Virus record (IMG/VR): IMGVR_UViG_3300027917_000034
Coordinates: 1 to 64,000 of that record
Source: a virus
Reading direction: 5' to 3' (one strand)
DNA length: 64,000 bases
Position numbers and translations under genes: made by a program
Notes under the pieces: model-generated
Seen by the model: the letters and a program-made list of their open reading frames with translations, nothing else
What the model was told of the DNA's origin: nothing
The model's database searches: none
Shown here: positions 13,274 to 23,825 of the stretch, in pieces
Position numbering within the stretch: position 1 is the stretch's first letter
Layout: each line of letters opens with the position of its first letter

Positions 13274-13754
13274 GGCACTGAGGGCAATTGCAGGCTGGAC
13301 ATTCACATGCCCCGTAGCGCTCCTCACACTCTTCGTGGGACCAGTCCTGGCAGGGGGGACAGACTTCGATGATCTCGATTCCGTTGTCGGTCTGGACCGG
13401 CATCTTCACCGGCTCTCGCGGCTTCTCCTCGCCAAAGAATTCACCGACCTCTTGCAGTGCTTCCGGGTCGGCTGAGAAGACCAGATAGAAGCACGTCGGG
13501 ACCATGATCACCAGCGCACAGATGAGGGTGCACAGGATGACCATGACCGAGCGATTCGTGCCTGGGAATTTCGCCTCGAACCCCGGGAATTTCAGATCGA
13601 CCAGGCCCTTGGACTCACCGCGTTCCAGGAACGGCTTCTTTGGAGTTTTCCCAGGATCGAGGGTCGGGCAGTCGTCGCACTTCGCCTTCTTCCGATCTTT
13701 CCTCGATTGGCGCTTCGGTGCCCCCTTCGGCGGCTTCTTCCGACCTCGGGCCAT
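13209..13754 (-). CDS. membrane protein with basic N-terminus and Cys/Pro-rich C-terminus
   Basis: One hydrophobic helix (VMVILCTLICALVIMV); CPxC repeats; the only clear minus-strand CDS after 6.6 kb. Confidence 0.6.
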   Translation of the reverse strand: MARGRKKPPKGAPKRQSRKDRKKAKCDDCPTLDPGKTPKKPFLERGESKGLVDLKFPGFEAKFPGTNRSVMVILCTLICALVIMVPTCFYLVFSADPEALQEVGEFFGEEKPREPVKMPVQTDNGIEIIEVCPPCQDWSHEECEERYGACECPACNCPQCPTCPAPAVMAPLPGGKGDPLL

Positions 13755-13776
13755 GAGGTATCCTACCACTTTCGGC

Positions 13777-13805
13777 TTGACATTTTCGCGTCAATAGCAT
13801 ACATT
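13777..13805 (+). promoter_or_regulatory. sigma70-like promoter
   Basis: TTGACA-17-TACATT. Confidence 0.65.
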
Positions 13806-13849
13806 AGCAGGGACGAGTGGGATGTGTCCCGCTAGGAGAGGATCGCACG

Positions 13850-14482
13850 ATGACACCAGCGGCCTACAACCTGTTCGAGAGCCTTGTCCGCGCGACGATC
13901 ACGATCGCGGAGAGTGCTCTTTCAAAAGACAAGGCTGACGATCTTCGCGGAGACCTAACCGGAAAGCTCACATCCTTGAAGGTCGTCATGCAACGCGAAG
14001 AGGCTGAATCCCTTATACAGCCGATGGCGCAGTTGGTCCTGGCCCTGGGGAAGCACGTTCTCGGCCGACCCGTCAAGGTGAGCGACGGCGACGTCAGCAA
14101 GCGCGACCTGGAAGGCATCGTCAACGACCTGGAGAGGCGCCACGAGCACGACAGCGCGGTCAGGGAGGCCACGCTTCACCCGACCGGCCGATGCACGTGC
14201 GCGGGTGAGGGCACGTGCGAGTGGTGCAAGACGCACTGTGCGGACTGCGGGGCGCCGATCCGAGAGGACGGGACGTGCCCGAGAAGCCATATGGAGCCCG
14301 GGGAAGAAGTCGAGGCCGACGCAGCGGGGCTCGACCCGCTACGGTGGCGCCTGCTCAAAGACGAGGCCGGCGACCCCGTTCTGGCGCTCTACTTCAACGG
14401 GCGCAAGGACTCCCTCTCGCAGGAGCAGGTGGAGGAGATTGAAGAGGCCGTGCTCCCGATCATTCGCGGGTGGGGCCGATGA
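13850..14482 (+). CDS. hypothetical protein with Cys cluster
   Basis: AGGAGAGG RBS. Confidence 0.65.
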   Translation: MTPAAYNLFESLVRATITIAESALSKDKADDLRGDLTGKLTSLKVVMQREEAESLIQPMAQLVLALGKHVLGRPVKVSDGDVSKRDLEGIVNDLERRHEHDSAVREATLHPTGRCTCAGEGTCEWCKTHCADCGAPIREDGTCPRSHMEPGEEVEADAAGLDPLRWRLLKDEAGDPVLALYFNGRKDSLSQEQVEEIEEAVLPIIRGWGR

Positions 14483-14605
14483 GAGACGACGAGAGGCCGT
14501 GGGATTGGATGCTGGACGGCGTGGCGCCCTTCCTTGGGTGGTACATCGCCATCGTGCTCTGGCTCGCGGTCACGGACTGCCTTGGGTAGGCAGTAGGAGA
14601 ACGAC

Positions 14606-15793
14606 ATGGCGAAGATCCTAGTCACGGGCGGCCCCGTGCACGCGAAGCTGGACGCAGTGAAGATCGTGACCAACCGCTTCCGGGGTGGGCGCATCGTGCG
14701 GATGGCACGGCTCCTGGCCCAGAAGGGGCACGACCTCACCTATCTGTGCTCCAAGGACGCCGCGCATCCGAATACCCTTGTTCCGAGAGTCAAGCACGTC
14801 GAGATGGGGCTGGTTCATCACGACGGGTTCATCGACTACATGGAGAAGGTGCCGGAGCTTGCCCGGGAGCACGACATGGTGATCCTGGGGGCAGCGGTGG
14901 CGAACCTCATCCCGGAGCCTCCGTGGGGCACGGACCAGAAATTCCCCTCGCACGACTACCAGGAAGGCGACAAGGTGATGGTGCCCTTCCGCGTGGCCCC
15001 GCGCGTGATCAACGAGGTGAAGCAGGCCAACCCGCGATGCACGCTCGTCGGGTTCAAGTTGCTCTCCGGCGTGAGTGACGAGGAGCTACTCCGGGCAGCC
15101 TACACGATCATCCTGGACGCGAAGGCGGACCTCGTGGTGGCGAACGACTCGACCAACCTCAACCGAAAGCTACTGGTTACGAAAGAGCGCTCGGTCATCG
15201 AAGCCTACGAGGAAGGCTACACCGGGCTCGACACTGAAGTCGGCTCGCTCCTGATCCTCGTGGACTTCCTCTCCGAGATGGCCAACGACGAGCACTACGC
15301 CACGGTGTGGAGGGACAGCGGTGTCCCTGGAGTCCCGGACGCGCTGGACAGCTACTTCGCCGTCATGCGGGAGCACGGACCGCGTATCGAGGAATTCGGC
15401 ACTGTCGGAGACCTCGTGTTCGGGTGCGTGGCTGTCCGCGTGCCCGGTGGTGGTTTCCTCTGCTCCCCGAGGGGCAAGAACACGATCCATGAAGACCCCG
15501 TGTACGTCCACACCGTCCATCACGGAGTGCGTCACGTCATGGTGGGGCGGTCCGCCTACCTGGACACCGATGAGTACCTGAAGGCCAGCCTCAACGCCCC
15601 GCTGCTCGCTCGCATGTTCGAGGCGGACCCCCGTATCCAGGCCATCGTCCACACGCACCAGACAGATACGGGCCTGTCGGTGCTCCCCTACGCTCCTCCA
15701 GGCACCGTGCGGGACTCCCAGCGCAAGCTCCTCGATGAGGACTTCGAGATCGAACACCACGGGACGTTCACCCGGGTCATGGAGGCATCATGA
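14606..15793 (+). CDS. CoaB/DFP-like (phosphopantothenate-cysteine ligase fold) domain fused to a class II aldolase/adducin-like domain
   Basis: N-terminus 'KILVTGGP....D.VK.VTNR', 'AAVAN', 'LVGFKL', 'DLVVAND'; C-terminus 'AIVHTH...HHG'. Confidence 0.75.
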   Translation: MAKILVTGGPVHAKLDAVKIVTNRFRGGRIVRMARLLAQKGHDLTYLCSKDAAHPNTLVPRVKHVEMGLVHHDGFIDYMEKVPELAREHDMVILGAAVANLIPEPPWGTDQKFPSHDYQEGDKVMVPFRVAPRVINEVKQANPRCTLVGFKLLSGVSDEELLRAAYTIILDAKADLVVANDSTNLNRKLLVTKERSVIEAYEEGYTGLDTEVGSLLILVDFLSEMANDEHYATVWRDSGVPGVPDALDSYFAVMREHGPRIEEFGTVGDLVFGCVAVRVPGGGFLCSPRGKNTIHEDPVYVHTVHHGVRHVMVGRSAYLDTDEYLKASLNAPLLARMFEADPRIQAIVHTHQTDTGLSVLPYAPPGTVRDSQRKLLDEDFEIEHHGTFTRVMEAS

Positions 15794-16491
15794 ACGACTA
15801 CAAGCATCTGATGGGAGAGGACTACGAGCGCCTGTACGCGAAGTACCTCATCCGGCCGAGCCGGCTCCTCGTCGCGCCGGACCCTGCCGTCGCCCTGGAC
15901 AAGGACACACGGCTTCTGGACCTGTGCTCAGGCTCCGGCGCCGTCGTGAAGGCTGCCATGGAGATGGGCGTGGCTCCGGCGAACATCGTGGCAGTCGAGG
16001 AGTCGCAGGCCATGTCGTTCGGATTGCACCGGCACGGACCGATCCACGTGGTCCACGGGCACCTGGAGTACCTGGGGCTCTACGACATGCTGGCCAAGCA
16101 TGGCCCCTACGACCTCATCACATGCAGGCAAGCGGTAAACTACTGGTGGCACCGGGACATCGTGGAGGCCATCGTCGGGCTCCTGGACGTGAGCGGCTGC
16201 CTCGTGTTCAACACGTTCAACACCAAGCCGGCCGAGGTGCCACAGGCGAAGCAGTACGTCCACGGTGAGGCCCAATTCGCTGAGATCGCCTACCTCGTCG
16301 GAGACGTCGTGCAGCACGTCCAGGCCCGAGAGGGCATGGGCATGCACATGACCACGTTCCGGTGGATCGAACCAGAGACGTTCGCTGGCGTGCTGGACGA
16401 GCTATCCGACGAGCACGCCTTCGCCACGTGGACGCGCATCCGGGAGGACACGACCGACACCTACGTCGTCCGGCAGATCGATCATCCTTGA
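15790..16491 (+). CDS. class I SAM-dependent methyltransferase
   Basis: Motif I LLDLCSGSG; acidic residue after strand 2 (VAVEES); YDLI. Confidence 0.85.
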   Translation: MNDYKHLMGEDYERLYAKYLIRPSRLLVAPDPAVALDKDTRLLDLCSGSGAVVKAAMEMGVAPANIVAVEESQAMSFGLHRHGPIHVVHGHLEYLGLYDMLAKHGPYDLITCRQAVNYWWHRDIVEAIVGLLDVSGCLVFNTFNTKPAEVPQAKQYVHGEAQFAEIAYLVGDVVQHVQAREGMGMHMTTFRWIEPETFAGVLDELSDEHAFATWTRIREDTTDTYVVRQIDHP

Positions 16492-16516
16492 CAATCGCCG
16501 GGCTATGTGGTACAAG
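16488..16516 (+). promoter_or_regulatory. sigma70-like promoter
   Basis: TTGACA-17-TACAAG with extended -10 TGG. Confidence 0.65.
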
Positions 16517-16979
16517 GGGGGAAGATTGAAGTTGGAGCGGGATGGTTTCTCGCTAGGAAGCAGGTTCCATGACCGATTCTGTCACCGACGCATTCGATCC
16601 TGAAGACTGTGCCGTACAGATCGCACAGGACTTCTTTCGAGGCTACGGCAACGACGCCGAGGACCGGGCGAACCTCGTTCGGAACCTTCGGCGCATGGCC
16701 GACTGGATAGAAGCGGGCGGTCGGCGCCCGGAGAACGTCGTTCTTGCGCTGCCGACCGGCTACCGCATCGGGTAGGGTCAACATGGCGAAGACAATCACG
16801 TGCGCGTGCGGGGAGACGGTGGAGTGCCACGCCTTCACCAATACCTGCGAGTGTGGGCGCGACTACAACTGGTCTGGGCAACTGCTCGCTCCTCGATCCC
16901 AATGGGGAGAGGAGACGGGTGAGCACTGGTCCGAGTGCATCGGGCCGTTCGACGCGGACGACCTGGAAGGAGATTGGTG

Positions 16980-18311
16980 ATGTTCGTACTTCCGATCAAG
17001 AGCACCTACGTTCCGAGTTGGGGCACGTTCGAGTGCCTACGAGAGGTGCTTCAGAACGCCAAGGATGAAGAGGACGAGCACGGCCACAAGATGGGCGTGA
17101 AGTACGATCGCGGGTGGCTTCGCGTGTCGAACCACGGGGCCACGATCACTCGCAAGGCGCTGCTCATCGGGGAGACCAGCAAGGCTCACCGGGGCGACCT
17201 TCGCGGTCAATTCGGAGAGGGGCTGGACCTGGCTCTCCTCGTCGGCGTGCGCGGCGGATACGAGATGCGCGTCTACACCCGCACGGAGGTCTGGACCCCG
17301 ACCATCGAGCACGTGGAGAAGTTTGATGCCGAGGTGCTGGTCGTTCGGACCCGAGCCCTGAAGGTGGAGACGTCCGGGGTCGAGGTGCGGATCAAGATGC
17401 CGCTGGAGGACTGGCTGGAGGCCCGGAAGCTGTTCCGCTTCCTCGTGGACGACGAGGATGAATTCCTGGTCAAGGTGCGGAAGGGCACCATCATGCTCCA
17501 CCCGGACCGGAAGGGTCACGTCTACGTGAAGGGGATCTACTGCACGACGATCCCAGACCTGGCCTACGGCTACGACCTCAACGACGTGAAGCTGGACCGC
17601 GATCGTCGCATGGTGGACATCTGGGATCTGCGCTGGGAATTGGCTGAGATGCTCCGCGAAGGCGTGCAGGTGGAGCCCGACAAGCTCGCTCCCCAGGTCT
17701 ACCGGATGCTGCGCTCCAAGGCCGAGGACGTGCAGAGCATGAAGTACGGCACGACTCCGGACGAATTCGCGGAGAAGATGGCCGAGCACTTCCGGGCCGA
17801 GCACGGTGCGGACGCGGTGCCTGTCGAGGGCATGGCCGAAAGCCAGCGACTCGACCACGTGGGGGCCAAGGGCGTCGTCGTCTCCGACACCCTGAAGAAG
17901 GTGCTGGAGAAGAAGGTCCGGAGCGCCCAAGAGGTGCATCAGGAGCTTGCCACGGCCGTCGATCGGGAGTGGTCCTGGCACGACCTGGAGGACGAGGAGC
18001 AGGCCACTCTGAGCGAGATGGTCACGCTCGTCCACGAGGCCACGACGGAGTGGCGCGGCATGTACGACGTCCCGATGCTTCTGGACAGGCTCGTCGTCGT
18101 GGACTTCAAGAAAGAGACCATGCTGGGGACGTGCGACCGGAAGACCGGGCAGGTGAAGATCACCAGACGCCTGCTCGTCTCCCCAGAGGACGCGCTCACG
18201 ACGCTCGTGCACGAGGAAGCGCACGCGCTCTCGGCCGCAAGCGACGGGGCGAAGCAGCACATAGCGATGATCGAAGCCATCTGGTCCCGGCTGTACTTCT
18301 CGAAAAGTTGA
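16980..18311 (+). CDS. GHKL/HATPase-domain protein with C-terminal HExxH motif
   Basis: 'LREVLQNAKDE' N-box, 'GQFGEGL' G-box, and 'LVHEEAH'. Confidence 0.8.
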   Translation: MFVLPIKSTYVPSWGTFECLREVLQNAKDEEDEHGHKMGVKYDRGWLRVSNHGATITRKALLIGETSKAHRGDLRGQFGEGLDLALLVGVRGGYEMRVYTRTEVWTPTIEHVEKFDAEVLVVRTRALKVETSGVEVRIKMPLEDWLEARKLFRFLVDDEDEFLVKVRKGTIMLHPDRKGHVYVKGIYCTTIPDLAYGYDLNDVKLDRDRRMVDIWDLRWELAEMLREGVQVEPDKLAPQVYRMLRSKAEDVQSMKYGTTPDEFAEKMAEHFRAEHGADAVPVEGMAESQRLDHVGAKGVVVSDTLKKVLEKKVRSAQEVHQELATAVDREWSWHDLEDEEQATLSEMVTLVHEATTEWRGMYDVPMLLDRLVVVDFKKETMLGTCDRKTGQVKITRRLLVSPEDALTTLVHEEAHALSAASDGAKQHIAMIEAIWSRLYFSKS

Positions 18312-18342
18312 CTATCGCCGGGCTTTATGGGAAGGGTGGTCC

Positions 18343-18594
18343 ATGGCTGACGAGAAGACCCTGCAAGACGAAGTGTCCGAGACCACGGACCAGGAGCGCC
18401 GCATGCGCGCCCTGAAGCTGATCCGCCTCATGAAGGGCGACATCGTGACGTGCATGCAGACCGGAGCCCCGCTCGTCGTGGAAGGGGAGGGTCCGCTGAA
18501 AGCTCTCATGACCGTGGTAGAGGTGGCCGAGCACGCGACCCTGAAGGAGATGGCCCCGGTTCTCGGAGCAGACGGGAAGGTCGTGAAGCTGTAA
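18343..18594 (+). CDS. hypothetical protein
   Basis: ORF downstream of a promoter-like TTGACT. Confidence 0.6.
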   Translation: MADEKTLQDEVSETTDQERRMRALKLIRLMKGDIVTCMQTGAPLVVEGEGPLKALMTVVEVAEHATLKEMAPVLGADGKVVKL

Positions 18595-19229
18595 TGGGCG
18601 ACGTGGTGGAGATGAAGAGGAAGGTCCGGGCGCAGGTGGCCCGGTTCGGCCATACGTTCCGTGCCGAGTACCAGGCCGGAGGGCACCCGTCACAGGCGGA
18701 CCCGCAGGCGGCCCTGTACGTGGACGGCGCCTTCTTCGCATGGCTCGCCGTGGGCTTCCACGTCCTCGACTGGAAGGCCCTGTACCTGGACCTGGACGAC
18801 GACCACGTGCTGGTCCCTCCGGACATGGTGGGCATGAGCCCGACGACCGAGGACACCAAGGACCACCGCTTCCTGTTGGAGGCCGAGGACTACATCCTGG
18901 CCCTACTCACAGAGGGGCTCGTGCGGGCGCTGGGAGCCTCCGAGACGGGCGGAGAGGAGCCCCAAGGAACGGTGGACCCCCGGAACCTTCACCCGCGCGA
19001 GAGGGCCTCCAGAGCCGTTGCCATCTGGCACGACCACGGCAAGGACGAGGAGCGGCTCCCGGACCTCATCGCCATAGAGATTTACGACGCGCTGGACGGG
19101 ATGGGCATGACCCTGGCCGACGCCGTGGACGAGCACATCGAAGAAGGCGGCGAGCGGACGGAGTGTGGCGACCTGATCCGCGCTCTCGTGGACGACACCC
19201 TTCAAGCGTGGCGTGGAGGTGAGTCATGA
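18594..19229 (+). CDS. hypothetical protein
   Basis: Coupled ORF. Confidence 0.65.
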   Translation: MGDVVEMKRKVRAQVARFGHTFRAEYQAGGHPSQADPQAALYVDGAFFAWLAVGFHVLDWKALYLDLDDDHVLVPPDMVGMSPTTEDTKDHRFLLEAEDYILALLTEGLVRALGASETGGEEPQGTVDPRNLHPRERASRAVAIWHDHGKDEERLPDLIAIEIYDALDGMGMTLADAVDEHIEEGGERTECGDLIRALVDDTLQAWRGGES

Positions 19230-19435
19230 AGCAGTGGACGACGGAGAATCTGATCGTCGCGGTCTTCTTCGCGGTCATCCTGTCGTTCGCCGTGTTCGGC
19301 GTCGTCGGGTCGTGTCGCGTGCGGGAGGCACAGGCGCAGGTCGGACAGACGCACGAGGAGAGGCAGACGATCGCGCTCGAAAAGATCGCGAACGAGCTAG
19401 GGAGGATGAGGCGAGATGGGATCAAGTGCCGATAG
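19226..19435 (+). CDS. small membrane protein
   Basis: One transmembrane helix; GGAGG RBS. Confidence 0.6.
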   Translation: MKQWTTENLIVAVFFAVILSFAVFGVVGSCRVREAQAQVGQTHEERQTIALEKIANELGRMRRDGIKCR

Positions 19436-19588
19436 GGAGAAGGCGATGACGGTGGCCGGGCGACTGGCCCCGCAATTCTTCGCGGAAGGTCACGAGCGCG
19501 TCTACGTGGCGTGGTGCTGCGGTCGCGTGATCGTCAAGCCCGCCGAGGTGAAGGCGTGCAAGACGTGTGAGAAGGTGCCGGAGGGAGA

Positions 19589-19933
19589 GTGGCTGACGCC
19601 CGACAATCTCCACTCGACGGTCGGGTAGTAGCTCGACCCTGTATCGGCTGCGGCTTCTGCTGCATGAAGGCCCCCTGCGCCATCTTCACAGAGGCGATGA
19701 AGAAAGCCACGCAGGACGGGTGGCCGAGCGGCTGCCCCGAGTTGGCTTTCGAGGAAGGGAGGCACTGGTGCGGCGTACTCAAGAGCATGAAGACGGCCAA
19801 GAGCCGGAACCTCGTGAAGGGGGTTCTGAGCATCGGGGAGGGGTGTTGCTCCGGCCTCAACAGTTGGCGCCGCGAGCCGATCAAGGACCGCAGGTCCGGC
19901 CAGAGCTACTCCTCCGATTCGTCCAAGCGCTGA
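19589..19933 (+). CDS. Cys-cluster (YkgJ-like Fe-S/Zn) protein; start uncertain
   Basis: C..CG.CC...PC...CP.L......C. Confidence 0.6.
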   Translation: MADARQSPLDGRVVARPCIGCGFCCMKAPCAIFTEAMKKATQDGWPSGCPELAFEEGRHWCGVLKSMKTAKSRNLVKGVLSIGEGCCSGLNSWRREPIKDRRSGQSYSSDSSKR

Positions 19934-20091
19934 TCCGGAACACGTTCAACGGCGATGCCATTCGGCTCGCTCTCATGTGGGCTCAGTCCGAGTCCGGGGC
20001 CTCCGATGAAGAGGTCCAGCTACTCGTCCAGGCTATCCGAAACGAGCACCCCGGCTGCAACGCCGGGGGCGGCATGTTCGAGCCCTTCTGA

Positions 20092-20106
20092 GCGACCAGT
20101 GGTCGC
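20092..20106. promoter_or_regulatory. palindrome GCGACCAGTGGTCGC, copy 2
   Basis: Identical intergenic palindrome. Confidence 0.7.
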
Positions 20107-20156
20107 AGGCGATCTGCCTGACATTCCGTGCTATTCTGGAAAACTCAGGAGGCACC

Positions 20157-21029
20157 ATGTACGACCTGGACAACACCAGCCTCGGGCTCTGGGTAGACCT
20201 GCCGAGGCGGATGGTTCTCACCCCTGACTTCTTCCGCTGGTTCGCTGAGACGCTCCGGTTCGACCTCATGTCGATCATGATCGATGACGCGGACCCAGCG
20301 GTGGAGTTTTCTTGGACTGAGAAGGATGTCGAGCGAGCCCTCAAGATGGCCGACCCTTACGCCATCGAGATCGCGCTCACGACCTGGCCGTACCCGGACG
20401 TGAACCTGCTTCGCCTCATGGAGCAGAAGATGGACGCGCTGCTCGGCGTTGGGCCGGTGGGCGAGTGGGAGACGGACCAGGAATTCAACTGGCAAGAGGA
20501 CGACGTGAACGGCTTCGCCAACCTCGACAAGGCGGGCGATGCGTTGGTCGATATCAAGGGCCGGCTCTGCGACAAGCACGGCTGCCGGAACACGATGACG
20601 ACCTTCACCTACCATCGGGAGAACAGCCCGAAGGCTGACACCGCGCAGCACATGGACCGTGTGATGGTCCAGGCGTATGCGACCGACGAGCGGGACGGCA
20701 AGCCGGTCACGTGGGACCACCGCTTCGGCCCTGGCCGTATGCAAACTCTCACCCTCAACCGCACGATGAAGGTGCCAGGTGTCGCGGCCGGCGTGGTCGA
20801 GCTAGGTGTGGGTCATGCGGCGTGGAATCAAGACGGCTTCCGGCGCCGGGTGGACGGAGAGTGGGTCGTCATGCCGGCCAACGACGCGATGGTGGCATCG
20901 TTCGAGGCATCGCTCCACTACAAGCCCGTGGCGCACAACTGGTGGAGCGCGAAATTCTGCTACCCACAGAGCCGCCGGTTCCTGTCCTACGCCGAGACCT
21001 TCCTCGTCGGGCTCCGGGAAGCCGCCTAG
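20157..21029 (+). CDS. hypothetical protein (possible TIM-barrel/glycoside hydrolase-like)
   Basis: AGGAGG RBS; 290 aa with alternating alpha/beta pattern; the fold is only a guess. Confidence 0.7.
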   Translation: MYDLDNTSLGLWVDLPRRMVLTPDFFRWFAETLRFDLMSIMIDDADPAVEFSWTEKDVERALKMADPYAIEIALTTWPYPDVNLLRLMEQKMDALLGVGPVGEWETDQEFNWQEDDVNGFANLDKAGDALVDIKGRLCDKHGCRNTMTTFTYHRENSPKADTAQHMDRVMVQAYATDERDGKPVTWDHRFGPGRMQTLTLNRTMKVPGVAAGVVELGVGHAAWNQDGFRRRVDGEWVVMPANDAMVASFEASLHYKPVAHNWWSAKFCYPQSRRFLSYAETFLVGLREAA

Positions 21030-21040
21030 ACCCTTTGCTC

Positions 21041-21069
21041 TTGACGTGAAGGCCCGTTTCTGCTAGGTT
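21041..21069 (+). promoter_or_regulatory. sigma70-like promoter
   Basis: TTGACG-17-TAGGTT with TG extension. Confidence 0.55.
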
Positions 21070-21112
21070 CTAGTCAGATGCGAGAAGTTTTCTCGCAGGG
21101 AGGAAGACGACC

Positions 21113-21781
21113 ATGGAACCGGAGCAGATCACCATCGAAGCCGCCGTGAAGGCCATGGACTGGCCCGTGGAGAAGTGGGAGGGCAACTGCTTCGCGGTCG
21201 CCACTCAACTTGTCAAGAGCGGGCTCGTGAAAGGCGAGGCGGTCTACGGCGCCTGGTACGGGGAGATCAACCCCCTCGGTTATTGGGGAGGCCGGGCCGG
21301 CGGGATGTTCGTCCGGCACGGTTGGGTGCTCCTGCCGGACGGACGCATCCTGGACCCGACGCGGTGGTCGTTCGAGGGTGTGGAGCCCTACATCTGGATC
21401 GGCTCTGGGGATGCCAAGGAGTACGACCACGGCAACAACCGGCTCCAAGAGATGGTGATCAACCGGACCCCGTGGCCGCACTTCGATGACGGTACCGGAG
21501 AGTACCTGTTCGAGCTACTCCCCGAGATCGTGGACGACCTGGAGAACGGCGGGGCGGTGCTCCGTGACCCGTTCGACCCGGAGCAGATGGAACGTGACCC
21601 GCTGGACTTCTCCCACTACCGGCTGACGCTCACGCGAGAGCAGGTGTTCTGGATCGCAAACTTCCCCCTGACGCGGTTCTCCACCAAGCAACACGCCCGG
21701 GAGGTCTACATTCAGATCGGGGAGCACAAGTTGGATGCGTACATCCCGATCGACAACCGACGAGCGGTGCTCGGCAAATGA
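21113..21781 (+). CDS. putative transglutaminase/papain-like Cys-His-Asp protein
   Basis: 'GNCFAVA', 'RHGWV' and 'ILDPT' in triad spacing. Confidence 0.6.
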   Translation: MEPEQITIEAAVKAMDWPVEKWEGNCFAVATQLVKSGLVKGEAVYGAWYGEINPLGYWGGRAGGMFVRHGWVLLPDGRILDPTRWSFEGVEPYIWIGSGDAKEYDHGNNRLQEMVINRTPWPHFDDGTGEYLFELLPEIVDDLENGGAVLRDPFDPEQMERDPLDFSHYRLTLTREQVFWIANFPLTRFSTKQHAREVYIQIGEHKLDAYIPIDNRRAVLGK

Positions 21782-22458
21782 GGTGGGAGTGGATATGGTC
21801 GTGTCCCTACCCGGATGAGGTCTGGAGGCAGTGGATGGATGAGAACATCGGCAAGGTGGCCCTACAGACGACCTGGGAGCAGAAGGTCAAGGACTGCACC
21901 CGCTGTCGTCTCCACGAGGGCCGGAACCAGATCGTCTACGGCATCGGGAACGCCGAGGCCCCGGACTTCCTATTCATCGGAGAGGGGCCAGGAGCCCACG
22001 AGGACCAGGAAGGGGAGCCGTTCGTCGGCCCGGCCGGGAAACTCCTGGACACGATCCTGAAGCACATGGGCTACACTCGGGAGGACGTCTACATCTGCAA
22101 CGTGGTCTCCTGCCGGCCACCGGGCAACCGTGACCCGAAGCCCGACGAGCTAGAGGCGTGCATGCCGGTCTGGACGTCTCAGGTCGTCGCCGTCCGGCCG
22201 AAGATGATCATCGCGCTCGGCAAGATCGCTGGGAACGTGCTTCTGGGCACCAAGGGACAGGCCATCGTCCAGATGCGGAAGAAGATCCACACGTGGAACA
22301 AGACACCCGTGCAGATCACCTACCACCCGGCCGGGATGCTGCGGAACGAGCAGTACAAGCAACCGGCATGGGACGACCTGCGGAAGGCCATGGCGCACGT
22401 GAAGGCGATGAAGGAGCGCGCACAGGACGCCGGGCCGCTGTTCGGAGGTGAGGCATGA
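21778..22458 (+). CDS. uracil-DNA glycosylase family 4
   Basis: C..C.L; GEGPG..ED..G.PFVG.AG; N.V.CRPP.NR.P; YHPA. Confidence 0.93.
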   Translation: MRWEWIWSCPYPDEVWRQWMDENIGKVALQTTWEQKVKDCTRCRLHEGRNQIVYGIGNAEAPDFLFIGEGPGAHEDQEGEPFVGPAGKLLDTILKHMGYTREDVYICNVVSCRPPGNRDPKPDELEACMPVWTSQVVAVRPKMIIALGKIAGNVLLGTKGQAIVQMRKKIHTWNKTPVQITYHPAGMLRNEQYKQPAWDDLRKAMAHVKAMKERAQDAGPLFGGEA

Positions 22459-23132
22459 ACGAGGTGGAACCCATCCTCATGGACGCGGACGGGAACCGGG
22501 TGCTGCCCAAGGATCGCGTGATGGTGCTCCGTGGGAAGCACAAGGGGGAGCTTGCGATCGTCACACGCATCGGCCTGAAAGACTGGAAGGGCCAGAGTGG
22601 ACGAACGCCACGGACCTGCGCCGTCGTAGACGTTGTTGGGAACAGATGGGGGCCGTTCGGCATCCTCGGGGATGGCGTCCGGCTCCTAGAAAGACACGAG
22701 GACAACATGGTCAAGGCGAACACGGTGCCGGCGTGGCTCCACGTCTACAGGTTCAACCTGCGTTTCTACTTCACGAGCGCGATGAGCCATCTGGACTACG
22801 ACACCAAGGATGTGGGCGCGATGGTCGCGGCAGTCACGTCGCGCGGGTTCGAGTTGTGGCGCGGCATCGTGCCGGGCAAGAACCTGCTTCAAGAGATCGG
22901 GGAGGCGGACAAGGTGACGGCGACCCTGATGGACCAGGAAGGCGAAGCCGGTCGCTGTGTCGTCATGAAGATCGCGGACCCGGACTACCTGCCTTTCGGC
23001 ATCGGCATCGAGCTAGGTGGGCAGCGTGTCGGCAGGCTAGACGCCACGGACTCGGAGATTGCGCTGGAGGGCGTCGTCTTCCGCACCTGCGAGGTGATCG
23101 GAGTCGAGGACGACGTGCCCGGCGATGACTGA
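22455..23132 (+). CDS. hypothetical protein (KOW-like N-terminus)
   Basis: 'DRVMVLRGKHKG'. Confidence 0.6.
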   Translation: MNEVEPILMDADGNRVLPKDRVMVLRGKHKGELAIVTRIGLKDWKGQSGRTPRTCAVVDVVGNRWGPFGILGDGVRLLERHEDNMVKANTVPAWLHVYRFNLRFYFTSAMSHLDYDTKDVGAMVAAVTSRGFELWRGIVPGKNLLQEIGEADKVTATLMDQEGEAGRCVVMKIADPDYLPFGIGIELGGQRVGRLDATDSEIALEGVVFRTCEVIGVEDDVPGDD

Positions 23133-23825
23133 CGACGGGAAAGACCTCGGCCCTTTCGACCGAAAGGCGATGCTGGCCAAGTTGCCTTCGGATGCGAAGG
23201 TGATCGACCGGGCGAACGTGGAGCAGGTAGCGCGCATCTGCGGTCCGTCCTCGCACGCGGCTCAGGCGCTCGCACGCGCGGACGCACACGGCGGACCTGT
23301 CCGGTTCTGGCACTCGGCCGAGTTGGGCATGCTGTGGTTGGAATTGCCCGAGGACAAGAGGCATTAGTTGTGACTACCAGCAAACTTCTCTATAGTCAGG
23401 AGCGTGAACGCGAAAGACCAGAGCCGCTGCGTCGTCTGCGGCAAGCCCATCGAAGGCAAGGGAGTCCGCATCGCGAAGGGCACGCTCCGCAACGGCGAGT
23501 GGCGGCAACGCTCCGTCTTCGGAGACGCCCACGAGACGTGCTTCGCCTCGGCAGTCGAGTCCCCCAAGATGGTGGTGGACGAGTTGCGGAGGGCCGCTCG
23601 TGAGCCGTGTACTGGACAACCTGCGCGTTGAGCTAGAGGCCGCTGGCCTGAAACCGGGATCGCCTCCGTTCGAGAAGGAGTTTCGATCCCGGAAGGTACA
23701 GCTATGCAAAGAGGCCAAGCGGATCGGCTCATGTTGGGACTGCGACTACTTCGACCACTGCGAATTGGTGAAGGCACACCTTCGCGATCTCTACAAGGTC
23801 GAGCAGGGGGAGAAAGGAGGGCCAG

